Below, piece after piece: positions 48,396 through 61,372 of a stretch of 64,000 nucleotides of DNA. The DNA is from Kudoa neothunni (lineage: Eukaryota; Animalia; Cnidaria). Made by a program: the position numbers and the translations under genes. Numbering within the stretch: position 1 is the stretch's first letter; every line of letters begins with the position of its first letter. A model generated the notes under the pieces. That model was not told where the DNA came from and made no database searches. It worked only from the letters and a program-made list of their open reading frames with translations. The stretch is from assembly GCA_964304625.1 (NCBI GenBank), contig OZ199838.1, positions 3,204,147-3,268,146 of the forward strand, given 5' to 3'.

Positions 48396-51288
48396 ATGCA
48401 ACCATTACCTCACATTTTTGGAATATGTTTAGTCATTTTATGTAACTACAGGCGTAATTCTAATTGTTACGTAACCAAATTTAGCAAAATGTATTTTACT
48501 AAATGGAGAAGTTCCTGCAAGTCCTGCAGCTCCTGTCCCTGCAACACCTCAAAAAACTCTCAGCTACATTATCGTCAAAGAAAATAGTGAAAATAAGGTT
48601 AAAATAACTCTGAATGGCAATGATTTTGCTTCAAAAAAATGTAACATCCAAAAGTCCGCTAAAACTGACGAAAGTTACGAAGAAATGTATACATGCTCTG
48701 GAGATAGTGGTATTACTGTCTCTGGAAAATGCTATAAAACCTGTCCAACTGATGATAAACTGACCTTTACTCAATTTTCACCAAGGACCAAGTATGTAGC
48801 GGTTTTTACAGGTGTTGGGGTTGTTTCTGATAGTACCTTTACGAAAGATCAAGGTGGAACAGTTTTTGGGCTCGAACTACGTATATAATTAATTATAATT
48901 ATATTTATATAATATAATATTAGGTTTATTGGTTAATCCGCAAGTAACGATATCAACTACAACTGGAATGAAATTAAAATTATGCTCTATCACCTGGAAT
49001 CAAGTCGCATGTCCCATAGTTTACAAAGGTGTACAATACGCAGGAGGAACTGCTGGAACTAGTTGCACTACTGCAAGTACTACTAACGACGAGGTGGATT
49101 TCGATTTGATGTTACCTCATTATGAAATGAGATGTGTGCATTATCCCAGTTTTTTTTATAAACTGCAAAACAATTATACGTTAAATAATACGGACGTTTA
49201 TCAACCCCAATATTATGTGAAATTCAATGACACTGGTAAGACCAAATACTTAATAAAGTTCACAAATAAGTTTCCTTTTGAAATATGCCGTTTCAGTATT
49301 AAAGAAGAGTCTAATCCTGTTACATCGTCTACATCCAATGAGTATACTTCAAATTGCGGCGTAACAAATAAAGATTGTTATGCTCCTTGTAATGACGTAG
49401 AATTAAATTTTGAGGCCTCAAAAGTCCTTGTTGAAGTCATGATTCAAACGAGACATTTCTCTTTAGCAAAAAGTGGTGAAAAATACCTTGGTTATATACA
49501 AAAGAAATTTGGTAATAAATCATTATTCGTGCTTTTAAATAATCGTTGTTTAGTCGTGACTGAGACTTCTACTGCTGAAGGGACATTATTGTCTACCTAC
49601 AAAAATAACGGTGTCACTATAAATGGCTTATTATTTAAACCAGATGGCGATACTAAATTTGGAAGTTGCACGGTGACGCATTATGCAGCAGACAAACCGA
49701 CTCCTAATGACGGAGTGCAAGCCAAATGTGGAAATGCTGATACTAACTGTAACCAATGTCCATCAGTTTTAACAATAACAGAATTATCTCCTGGGAAGCC
49801 ATACATACTCCTTATTGCAGCTGATACCACAAATAATGTACCGGCTAATTTTAAGGAGAAAATATTCTTTAGAACAGGTAAACAGTTTTAGTATTAAATT
49901 TGTTGTAAAATATCTTAAGAAAATGATGGTACAACAACATTTTCTTCCGAGAAACCAACGTTAGGAGAGACAACGGCCTCAATCACAGCCTTCTCTCCAG
50001 CTGGAGAATTGACAACAAGTGACATTACATGCGCCTATTATATTAGTCCGCGCGGAAAGGATGTATATGTTTGTGCTATGTGCATCGACAGCTACCCATG
50101 TCGAGGCTTTTGCAAGGAAACTCAGAATATTGTTGGGTTGAAGCCGGGTACTGAGTACGACCTTAAGGTTGTTGCACATAAAAATAATGGATTCAAAGTA
50201 CATCAAATTACAACAGGTATATTAGCTAAGATATATGGAATGATTCAATTTATAGTAAAATCAACGTTCACACTTACACAGGAATTTGTTGAAAAAGGTT
50301 TCAAAATAGGAGCCACATTGTCTACTCCTGATACTGAGGCTAAATGCCATTACAAAGTGCAAGTTAAGAAAGGAGAACGATATGTGTTAATTCACGAATG
50401 CCCACAAGCACCAATTTCTCAAAAAGCGACTGGAACCCCCGCCAAAAAATCAAATCTTTCTAAAATTACGGTTGCTAGATCAGCAGCTGATTCAACTACC
50501 CTTCGACCCAGGAAAACTATCTCAAAAGTGCCCACCTATTGCACTGAGCCTCCGTCATGTTCAGAGATATTATTCACCACTAATTATGATCGTTCAAAGA
50601 AATATCGTGTAGTGGTGACTACGGTAGGAGCAGTGGAAGCACATATTGAAATTCCGGAGAGTACAATTTTTGATTTTAATAAAATAAAATTTTGATTATA
50701 ATATAATTATTCTAATTAGATACCCTACCAAAAAGCGAAGATATAACAAAACAAATTATTATAAGTATTGAACGTGATGGAAACAAATTAAAGGTTACAT
50801 CAGTATTACCACAGGAGGTCGCTGAAAGCATTTGTGGATGGGAATTAAGAGATACAACAAATTCTGAGAATGTTTTGGTCAAATCATGCAATGGAGAAAA
50901 CGATGGAGCTTGCGCAACCTTTCCTAAATGCAAGGAATTTGAAATCACAAATGTTGAGGATACAAACGATTACCAACTAACAGTTTATGTTAGCAATGCC
51001 CCATCAATCAATGGAAATAGCCTAATTAAGAAAGGTAAATGTGTTTGACGCTCCAATTAATAAATTTGTCTTAGGAGAAAGTTATGACACAATGAAATCA
51101 ACGTAACTTAGTATATTTAATTTTTATCACTTATAACATTTATTTAGATCAAAAAAATACCATGTAAAATTAATCTTGTTTATGTATTTATAACTCTTTA
51201 ATATTATAGAATAATAATAGTCGCAGCCGCTGTAGGTGTTGTTGTTCTAGCGGCTGTCGTTGTGGTTTTCATAAAGAAAAGGAATTAG
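48396..51288 (+). CDS. Uncharacterised type-I membrane protein (~825 aa) with ~7 Cys-containing FN3-like modules
   Basis: Exons 48396-48441, 48485-48880, 48924-49511, 49554-49877, 49920-50216, 50256-50660, 50720-51034, 51075-51102, (51148-51163), 51210-51288. Signal peptide MQPLPHIFGICLVILSKCILLNG. FN3-like motifs LSPGKPY and LKPGTEYDLKVVA. TM segment IIIVAAAVGVVVLAAVVVVFI followed by KKRN*. Confidence 0.8.
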
Positions 51289-52993
51289 CCAACTATTTAT
51301 TATTTAATAACAGATTAGACTTGTTGATTAGTAGATTATTTTAATTACTCATTTTTTAAATTTTTATTTCCGTTTCTATCGGAATATTCTTAAAATTTTC
51401 AATGTTAGTACAATTAATATAGATAATTTTTACTTAATTGACTTATCTAGCTATTTATGCTTATCGTAATATTACATATTTTATTTGTTGTCAAATCTTT
51501 TTGAGTTATTAAGTATAACAATTATTTTCGTTCATTAAAATTTTAAAAATGTTATAGAGAACCATTATGTTCGTAATAATACAAAATACGGATAGAAAAA
51601 TCTCAGCATTAAAGTAACACTTTTACATAATTTGACGCTCAAACAAATTTTGTTATCAGCCATTGAATATAATAAAGGTAATAAATATTAATTTAAAATC
51701 TTTAATATTGTTTTCATCCATTACTAAATAAGGTCAAAATGTATAATAGTGGCCACATTTTCCGATTAAAGGTTATAATTGGTTCGTAGATTAATCCTGA
51801 ATTTTTTAAACACATTGGCATGAAATATGTTGATCACTTAATGGTGGAAATGAGTGGATTAATTACAATAAAATATTTTTGATCCTAACGTTATGCATTT
51901 GATACAATGTAACACCTAATGCTTGCAGATAAGATAATGGTAATGTATGTGACTCCAGAAAAACACCATATTCCGCGCGTTTTTTTCTTTTACGATTATC
52001 AACAATAAATTAAAAGAATACGGAGTGAAAATATTGAGCTCAAATTAATTACTTCTAAATTTTTGCCTAATTCTTATTCGGAAACACTCGTAATCTACAT
52101 CGTTTGCAATAAACACCGGAAAATAGCTTATTATTTGCATATTTTATCCTGATTAATACATTATAACCATAATTTATAATTTTCTTAATCTTTAAATACC
52201 AAATTTAGCATAGTAAACCTTCTAAATAAGCTTATCTAATATTAAGAAATATTGTGTCATCTATCTTTATTTCTAAATGTCAAATTAACTTTTAAAACGT
52301 TTATTCACATCTATAATTGCTTATTTTAGTTTATAAATTTTTATTTGTACATTGTTATGAGTGAAAAAATTTTTATACACCAATTACTCGCGAAATTGGA
52401 ACTGACAATAATTATATTAATCGAATATTGATATTTTTGGCTACAAAATTGAAGAAAGACATTAATAAAAAATATTTTAGTATGTATTTAGTTTATTTTT
52501 TATGTCAACATTATTCTTTGAAACAACTACTATGTTATGAACACGCAGTTGAAGTGTTATTCAATATATTGAACTATCGAATTTATTCATTTAAAATAAA
52601 TTAGAATTAACCTGATTTATTTTCACTCGAAAAATTTAACCCAAAAAATTTATTATTTATATATTTAACTTCTAAGATAAAATTTCTAATTATACGTCCT
52701 CTGACATTTATTACATTAAATACAACAAATAAAAACACATTTATATAGTGTGATAGACTTATTAATAATTACATTAGTATAGTAATATAATTTTTGTTAG
52801 TATATTATTTAAAAGTTGAAATTTTTCTCCCGTAATTGATCGAAACCATTCTTCGCACAAATATTCGGGAAAATTATTGAATGAAACACCCCGTTTAATT
52901 CGGGAAAACCTTGTTTTAATTCTCCCCCAACAAGCTTCTATGGTGTTTGTATGGGCACCGTCCCTGACATATTCAATTGAATGATTAATTTTT

Positions 52994-55900
52994 GGCAGTG
53001 TCTATTTTGCCGGACGCGCTTTTTCTCTTAAAATAATAATTCAATCGCTACAATTTTTTCCTAAAAATATCTTTTATAAATGCAGAATATAAATTTAGTT
53101 TCATTAATTCAGTGACGAATTTTAACATAGCTAATTTGTATCCATAATATCCAAATGAAAATACAGTAAAGTAAAACTATTTGGCCAATTCGTATTTAAA
53201 ATTTTTATAATTAGGTAAATGTTTTTATCAGATGATTGATACACCACTAAAATTTAATAAAATGCTGAGTATTCTACTTTAAATAATAAATGTTTGAAAT
53301 TTTCTTGTATTGCAACGCCAAATAATTGTGACTGTTTAACTTCCACATAAAATTATATTTGAATATAATATATCGATACTGGTGTTGTTATTATTACTAC
53401 TATCATCATTACCATAATCATAATTTTCTTTTTTTTCTTAAACCAATAACTGTTTGAAATACACCTTTTGGTCTACCTCTCAATTTCACTACTGTTGGCA
53501 GCTTAATTCCTATAATTTTATGAATTTAGCAAAATGGACAAAAGATACACACCCTTCAAAGATGGATTTTTAGTTGTGGTATCATCTACAATATTCGGGA
53601 TCTCCATATCAATTATTGATGATGGAACATTATCATTAACTGCTTCTAGTATATCCTCATTCTCTAATCGTGATTCCTCAGTAACTAAACACGAAATAAA
53701 AATTCTACTAAAGACAATATCATTAATTACATGTTGGGATTGAAATCTCTTGATTGTTTATGATGACAGATTCAGACATTAACTTGAACTAAATTAAGTT
53801 GATATATGAATAGTGGAAAAAATAGTCACCTTATCCAGAGAATCCCCATTGGAAATAAGAGAGATTAATTCACCTAAAATCTTTTTTAATGAATCATATT
53901 GACTCCCTGTTTTTTCAGACCCTAGCGAAGCTATTTTCTTACAAAGAATTTCTAGCTCCCTGTATCGCTTTAAAGCAGAATTCGGAACAGGGCACTGACT
54001 CGAAATTTCTGTAATACTTGGTTGCACACAACACGAAGGATTTTGAAGATATAAATTCATGTTCATTATTTTTCTAGCGTAAATAATATGCCTACATGGT
54101 AACTCCATACTTACGTAGAAACAACATGTACAACTATTGGGATCAGGATTGGCATAGGATTCGATATGATTATTTATTTCATCTTGCATAATATTATACG
54201 CATATGAAGTCAACAATGTTTTATATTGTTCGTTAATGTCTGAATTTAATTTCTCAACAGTTTGGGTTGTCCACTCTCTAACTGCTTTATTCTCACGCTC
54301 AGTCCTCATACTTGATAAATAAATAAGCAGATCGCTGAAAAAGACTTCAATTGTTGAGAATTTTTTTATGATTTGTTTAATTTTGGAATTTATGCATTCT
54401 AATCGATTATTTGTTCTATTTAAAAAAGTACCCTTTAGGTTCATGTATGCCGGGCACCATTCATGTTTGATTGGATCCCAAGATTTATTATAATAAGTAA
54501 TGATTTTTTGTTACATGTATTATTTAACAATTCATGGTAATTTTCATAAATTTTTGGATCATTGGTATAGCAAAGCTTTTGAATCAACTCTAAGGCAGTT
54601 TTTCTTTCGGCTTTGTTTATTCCCATTCTTAATGTAGAGATTTCTCTCCCAAATGTTCTTAAGACATGGTACAGGCATAAGTTTGTACTTACGTTAGGAA
54701 ATATAGATCTTATAGAGTTTCTTTCAATCATGTCTTTATCCGTAATGAAACAAACTGTTTTGGTTGACATTTCCTCGTTATGTTTAAGTAGAGATTGACA
54801 TAACCAGGTAACAGTCACGGTACTCTCCTCAGATAAAAGAGCAATAGCTCCTATTTGACTTTGCCCAAAGGAATCGATAAACAGACATATATACAATGGC
54901 ATACGATTATTGATTAATTTATAAGTGGCATCCATAAATACTAGTTCGGGAAATTTTTTAATAACGTTTTTCATATAAAGGTCTTGGAAAAATATTCCAG
55001 TCATTTCATTGGAGTTATTGTACAATATTTCGATAGTTGCATTTGGGTGAGAATTTTTTATTGAATTAAACAATTCCGAAATATCTGACGAAACATTTTT
55101 TTTCAGTGTTTGGATATAATTATGGATTTGCTTCAACGAAACCTTTTTTTGTGATTGGTTCATGATTTCTACTTGTACTCTTTTTAAATTTCCATCATAA
55201 AAATGAACATTTTTTATAAGATCCTTGCTTTCTTCATCTAATTTTCTATTCATCGGTAAAAAATCCCTAAAATGCTCATTTCTGTTGCAGCTGTGAGTAA
55301 GATCCAATTTTCCAATAACTAACATATTCATGTTTTTAGGAACTCGCAGTGTAATGAAGAAATTGCAACCACTTTTATGGTTGTTGATTTTTTCTCCTTC
55401 CCAGCACTTTTAGATTGTATCTGAATTCAAATTAATTACATCAATTTTTATATAGATAATTACATTTTTACCACCATGAACACAACAAAAAGTGGCTTCA
55501 TAATAAACAAGATCAGAGTTCATGTCTCTATCAAATTTTTTTAGGGCAGTTGAGATTTTTCTAGAGTCTTGGATCCAGTAACAAAAGTTGTTCCGCTTTG
55601 AGTACTTATCCATGAATTCTTTAGCCTTTTCAAAGTTTGTAAATGCATTTCCGACCATAGGTTCAGATGTAATATCCTGAATTAGTAGTGTTTGATCAGA
55701 CTCTCCTTCCATAATGATTCTACTCGCGACCATCAATGTTTTAACCGTACTCAAGAAGGTATTTTACTCGTTTATGGTTCTGTAACACATTAAATTAGAT
55801 TAATTACGAAAATAATATAGATTTATAAAAAATTTAATGTCATTTATAATGAAACTTATGAATGAGTTTAAAATATCCTCAATGTATTTTGATACCTAAT

Positions 55901-56028
55901 TATTAATTAAAAGATAAATGAAACTAAATTTATATTCTGCATTTATAAAAGATATTTTTAGGAAAAAATTGTAGCGATTGAATTATTATTTTAAGAGAAA
56001 AAGCGCGTCCGGCAAAATAGACACAGCC
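52994..56028 (-). mobile_element. Full-length MULE (Mutator) element, 3035 bp
   Basis: Near-perfect ~110-bp TIRs (GGCAGTGTCTATTTTGCCGGACGCGC...) and a perfect 9-bp TSD TTAATTTTT. Confidence 0.95.
53794..55754 (-). pseudogene. MULE/SWIM (ZSWIM3-like) transposase with 1-2 frameshifts
   Basis: FMDATYKL, ITDKD..ER, CLYHVLR, TNNRLECINSKIK, SWIM CTC..........PCRH. A 43-nt intron lies at 55421-55463. The frameshifts may be assembly errors. Confidence 0.85.
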
Positions 56029-59000
56029 TTAATTTTTATGACTGTAGCCAAGTGAATTCAGGTTACTATAGGCTCTCCATTCATCACTACAAATGGCAGA
56101 TTCTTTAAGAAACTCATTTTGGATGATTGGAATAAGAGTTCCACGGTCTCTTTTCTGAACGTAGAAATAACGGACTTTCATGAGTTGCCTTTTCCCATCG
56201 TCACATATCTTGCAAAGACAAAGTCCGAAAACCCAAGGGCGTCTACACGATCTCCGTATCTCTCCCGTCTCTTTCTCGTGTCTCCTATATTCATTTAAGA
56301 GGCAAAATACTGTGATAAATAACCATCAATAGTTTCATCCGAAAATTCGACCTCGGATGGCGAATATTCGCTACCACTTATATCATCATTTCCTGTTGCA
56401 TTATAAATATAGTCAGTGGAAGTGGCAAGAATCTGAGTTGATAGAAATTACTACTCGGTACAATAAATTCAATATCTGATGAAACTTTCCACTTGTCCCC
56501 TTTTAAGTATCTCCCCCGATTATTCTTCCTCTTGCTGTGGAGAAGAGTCTCATCAATTTCAATGACGTAATCTTCTCCACCAAAGTTTTGCTGCCCCTCA
56601 AAATTCGATATGCATATTTTTCTAATCTTGTGAAACCATGAAGAAGTGGTAGGTTTGGAAATATTCATCATCTTACAGGTCGACATGATGGTATTGTCCA
56701 TCGACTAGTAATAGAGTATTTTAAATATTTTTTTTGCAGTTAATTTTGTTGTTGAGGTAACGGAACCCATAGAGAAAAACATACCATTTCGAGGGGGGAC
56801 GCTAGTTTTGCATCTTAATTACATTAAGTCGTTATTTCACAAAAGATAAGTACTTTTTACAGTTGTAAGTGAAGGAGTAATCAATGTTGTTTCTATCGTA
56901 ACACGAAGTATCGGTCATTGGTCTCCTTATATTTATTTTTCTCTTTTTTAAAACGAAAGTTTTATAATTCCAACACTTAAAACATCTTTCTAGGGCAGCT
57001 TTTAGATAGCCCTTTGATAATGTGTAAAAAAAAACTATCATGGTCATTAATTAAGCAAAAAAATTATCGTCCCCTCTAAAACTTAAAAGCTCCATTATAG
57101 CCGTTTCCACGTGACAAATAAACGCAGGAAAATTTAATACCGTTGCTAATAAAAATAATATAAAATATAAATTTTTGATAATTAATGAAATAAGCAAATA
57201 ATAAGCTATTTTCCGGTGTTGATTGCAAAACGATGTAGATGGCACGCCTATCCAACTGTGGCCGAATAGGAATTAGGAAAAAATTTATAAGTAATTAATT
57301 TGAGCTCAATATTTGCACTCGGTATTCTTTTAATTTATTATTGATAATCGTAAAAGAAAAAACGAGAAAAAACGTGCGGAAGATAGTGTTTTTCTGGAGT
57401 CACATACTTTACCGCAGATAATATTGATTTCTTATTCTTATAGATATAGAATTAATAATAGGCAATCGCTAATGACGAAATATGACAATAAATAAAAAAT
57501 CATAGTTGTCACACTCAAATTTTAGGATAAAACAAAGCATGCTTTACTCCATCGATTAAATCATATATCCTGTGGAAATAACTGCGAGGGGCTAGCAGTT
57601 ATTTAAAGGATATATTACAAAAATTATTATCGATAACAAATACAGTGCCGAAAATAACCTACTGGTGGTGAAACAATGATAAATACAAAAAATTGGAATA
57701 ATCAGCAGGTTCGATTTTTATCGTGGTCGCTGATTTGGATTACGGCGACTATCCTACATTTTAACCCTAAAACGTGGTTATTGGATATAGTTCTGGAGGA
57801 ATTATGGGTAAACTGTCGAATTAACTGTTATCCAAATAAATTATAATCAAATCCTAATAAGATTACATTCATTTACTAGATAATTTTAAATAATTAAATT
57901 ACTCAACTCGTAAAATTATTGAATAACATGTACTGCTGCTCAAAGAAACAGTTGTTTAAAGTCAGTTCCCAGTATATTTATCATTCAATTTGAAGATTTC
58001 TTTTTGATGATATAAATAAAAAAATTTTTTGTTATATTGTGATTTGATGGAAATTTTAAATGATAATAAAATCAAAAATGTGTATCATCAACATATTTTT
58101 ATTTCTAGGTATTGATAAAGATAAATAATCTATTGTGGTTTATCTGACTTTTTTGGATTCAATGCACAGATTAAACTATATATGTATATATATAGTTCTC
58201 TTTGTGTTGTATCTCCATTTTATGATGATTAAGACGTTTTCCCTGATTATGTGTTAAATTTATAAACAAATTTGTATAAAATTACTAGTGGACCTTTTAC
58301 AATCCTTCTAGCTCATTTGAAGAACAGTAATATTTAGCAAATATATATAAACATGGTTAAATGCTCCTAACTCTGTATACGCTATCAATTACGTTCATGT
58401 TTTAAGGTTATTAAAGAGTTTTAAATAGAAATTTTTTCAGTTTATAATGATCGATATGTTAAAATGACATTCTAAACAATTATTAGCTTTGAAAATTTAT
58501 TGTAATTATTTGTGTCACAAATAATTATAACTCAAACGTCAAGTTTGTAAACCAAAGTAAAAACAATATTTATGCAACTGAACATATTTTAAAAATAGAA
58601 ATTCATGAACTATTTTTAATTTTTTTTATAGACAATTAGTAATCAAACATTAAGAAATCTTTTTACCTACAAATTAAAAATTTAACATGTTAGGGATTTA
58701 CAATTACACAATTATAGGATTAGTTATCTAAAAAAAATGTATACATAATGTATGAACAACTCGCACCATTGACTTACCTTTCTGAACACAGCATTATTGC
58801 CAATAAAGAAGTCAATGTACATGAACCATTTTCCGTGTTATTTTATTGTGTCACTGTGAAATCATCGTTGGAATTATTAGGCCTTTTATATATGGATTTA
58901 AAAAGGAAATGATCGGACGAATTTAAAAATATTTTTTCACTTTCACGACCTAATATAGCGGATATTAATGCTTACATTGGATAATTTTTGCTTCGATATT

Positions 59001-59070
59001 GGGAGATTCAAGTTTATTGCCAGCGAAACTAAACGAACATTCAAAAAAAAAAGCATGGAGATTAAATATA

Positions 59071-60293
59071 CAGTATTTCACGATCAAGATGCAAAAATAG
59101 TAAACCAACAAATTTTATAGTTAAATAATAGTTTTTGTATTAATTGTTAATGGGGTTCTTAAGCAGTGATGCTGAAAAGTAAGATTTTGAATGTCTCACA
59201 TAGCTTTGACAACTGGGTTTCGGTTATTTGGGTCGGACTATTTTCCATACATTCAATCAGCTCATCATGTGTTTTTGGTGCCATCCTTTTAACAATTGAT
59301 TTCAGTTGCCCGAAAACTTCTCCAGTTGGGTTAAGGAAAGTTGAATACGGCGGTAGTAGTAAGAGCTTATGAGGACTGCTTTCTATCAAATTTCGAACAC
59401 TCTCAGTCTTATGGAAAGCTACGTTATCCATAACCAAAATAGCTTTATCGACAGAATTCGCCTCCAAATTTGCAAAAAGATCTTCTAGAAATGACGAAAA
59501 CACAGCTGGTTCACGCCCCCCTTGTGAATTTTAAAATTCAAAATTTTTTTGTCACCCATCGCCGCTATTAATGATATGTTTTGAGATCGGATGTATTTGA
59601 CCTTTAAATTTGTTCTCGTCCCAGAAAGGGATCTACCTTGGGAACGACGGGTTGATAGGGAAAATCCTGATTCATCGATATACAATATTTCCGAATACCT
59701 AGGTTCCAATCTTATGAATTCGTTTACATAACTAAGAAATATTAGATAAAATATATAGATCAATACATCACTCGAATCGTAATGAAACTCTTTCAGAACT
59801 CTATTAATAGTTTGACGAGAAGCGCGAATAGAAAATTTTTGAAAGAGCTTCTCTGATAACTGATTGAATGTCAGCGTAAAGTTATCATCTACCTCTGTAA
59901 GTAAAAATTGTTTGTGCACTTCACTCAACATTCAGCGGCGATCTCCTCCAGTTGCCAACCTTTTGAACGAGCCGGTGTCATTGAATCTCTTCACTATTCT
60001 ACTTACTGTAGATTCGGGAATGTTTAATGACTCTGAAATTTGACGATTCGTCTTTCCAATCTTAATTATTTTAATAATCATTTAAAATTTGTGCTCACTT
60101 CGACATGGTGAGCAATTTTAGCCCTATTTTTATTTTTGGCACTAACAATCTCGTATTTTCTCTTAATAGAATTATTATTTTCAATTTGCTCAGGCATGCT
60201 TTTATGGTCTTAACTGGAGGAAAACGTGAAAATGCGCGTGCAATTTGCATCTTGAACGATTGAACATGTTTGCAACTTGATCGTGAAATACTG
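59071..60293 (-). mobile_element. Tc1/mariner DD34E-type element (frameshifted)
   Basis: TA|CAGTATTTCACGATCAAG ... CTTGATCGTGAAATACTG|TA. Motifs YIDESGF, VMDNVAFH, LPPYSTFLNP. The empty site is present in duplication copy 1 (~45615). Confidence 0.92.
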
Positions 60294-61372
60294 TATAAGA
60301 ACATGATTTTTACTAAGTTTGTTAAAACCAAGCTAAATATGATGAAAAGTGTACCCTACTCATTTTAAACTTTATTTTATTAACGAAAATATATTTAAAA
60401 AATATGAAGTTTCATATTTAATTACAAGACAGGGGAAGTACATAACATTGACAAAACTCTCGTGAAACCTGTGGCGTTGAAAATTTGAAGATAACCCAAA
60501 GTCATTTTACGGAAATCTTAAAAAAATGAGTTACTTAAAGTTTCCATGTCAAATAATACTGCAAATCCAATAAAAATTTTGTCCTCAACTGGACGAGAAC
60601 GACTGTTTTTCGAATATAAGCCTGCCAATTGTATTAGTTCACCTTTTAAAAATGATGTCATCCCTGGTGAACTATTATTCCTTATATCACTAGAAAAACA
60701 ATTAAATTTGTGAATTTTTTTAAAGCCACCAACCTTTCGTGAGATATAATTTTAGTTATTTGCGTTGACGGAACCTCATCTATTTTGCTAATATGAAATT
60801 CTGGTCTTTCTGCACTTGTGAAATGAATTTTTCTTAGTTTACTGTTACACATTTTATTCTATGTAAGTAGGGGCCGATAGAAAAGAATATACCACAAAGA
60901 TTGGAAAATTCCAAAAAATTGTGATTAAATGTGTTAATTACGTGAGCGGAAGTGTTATTAACTACCTTTATTATATAAACTATGTTATGTAATAGGTTCT
61001 AAATTTTAAACGCACTTATATAATTTTAATATACAGTGGCTATATCGTGGAAGCGTTAAATCATTTTTTGCAATGAAAACGGAGTTAGCGATTGTGTTGT
61101 GAAAGTACAATCATCGCAATGCGAAACACTTCGAGAAGATCGATTTTTTTTCTTATTTTAATGTACGTAACTAGTATTTATGTTTCCTCGATTATCTAAA
61201 TTATAATGAACAAGGAGACAGAGTGACATAATCGTCGATAAAGACTGAAAGTATCAAATAAAATTCTTTATGAAAGCTACGGATGGTGATTGACAGTTAT
61301 ACAATCATTGTACTAATAAGAGATGTATGCAATGCTTCCGATAATCCGCGAACTAAACTCATATTCATACTA

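Larger units (their letters stand above)
51939..57413 (-). mobile_element. Merlin/IS1595-like element with ~200-bp TIRs, interrupted by a MULE
   Basis: GGTAATGTATGTGACTCCAGAAAAACAC... versus ...GTGTTTTTCTGGAGTCACATACTTTACC, with inverted similarity over ~200 bp. Flanks share AGATAAT. Motifs IEIDETLLHSKRKNNRGR and INHSIEYVRDGAHTNTIEACWG. Confidence 0.88.

Noticed and set aside
57560-57600. Third Helitron 3' end
   Set aside because: The hairpin is weak and CTAG is not followed by T.
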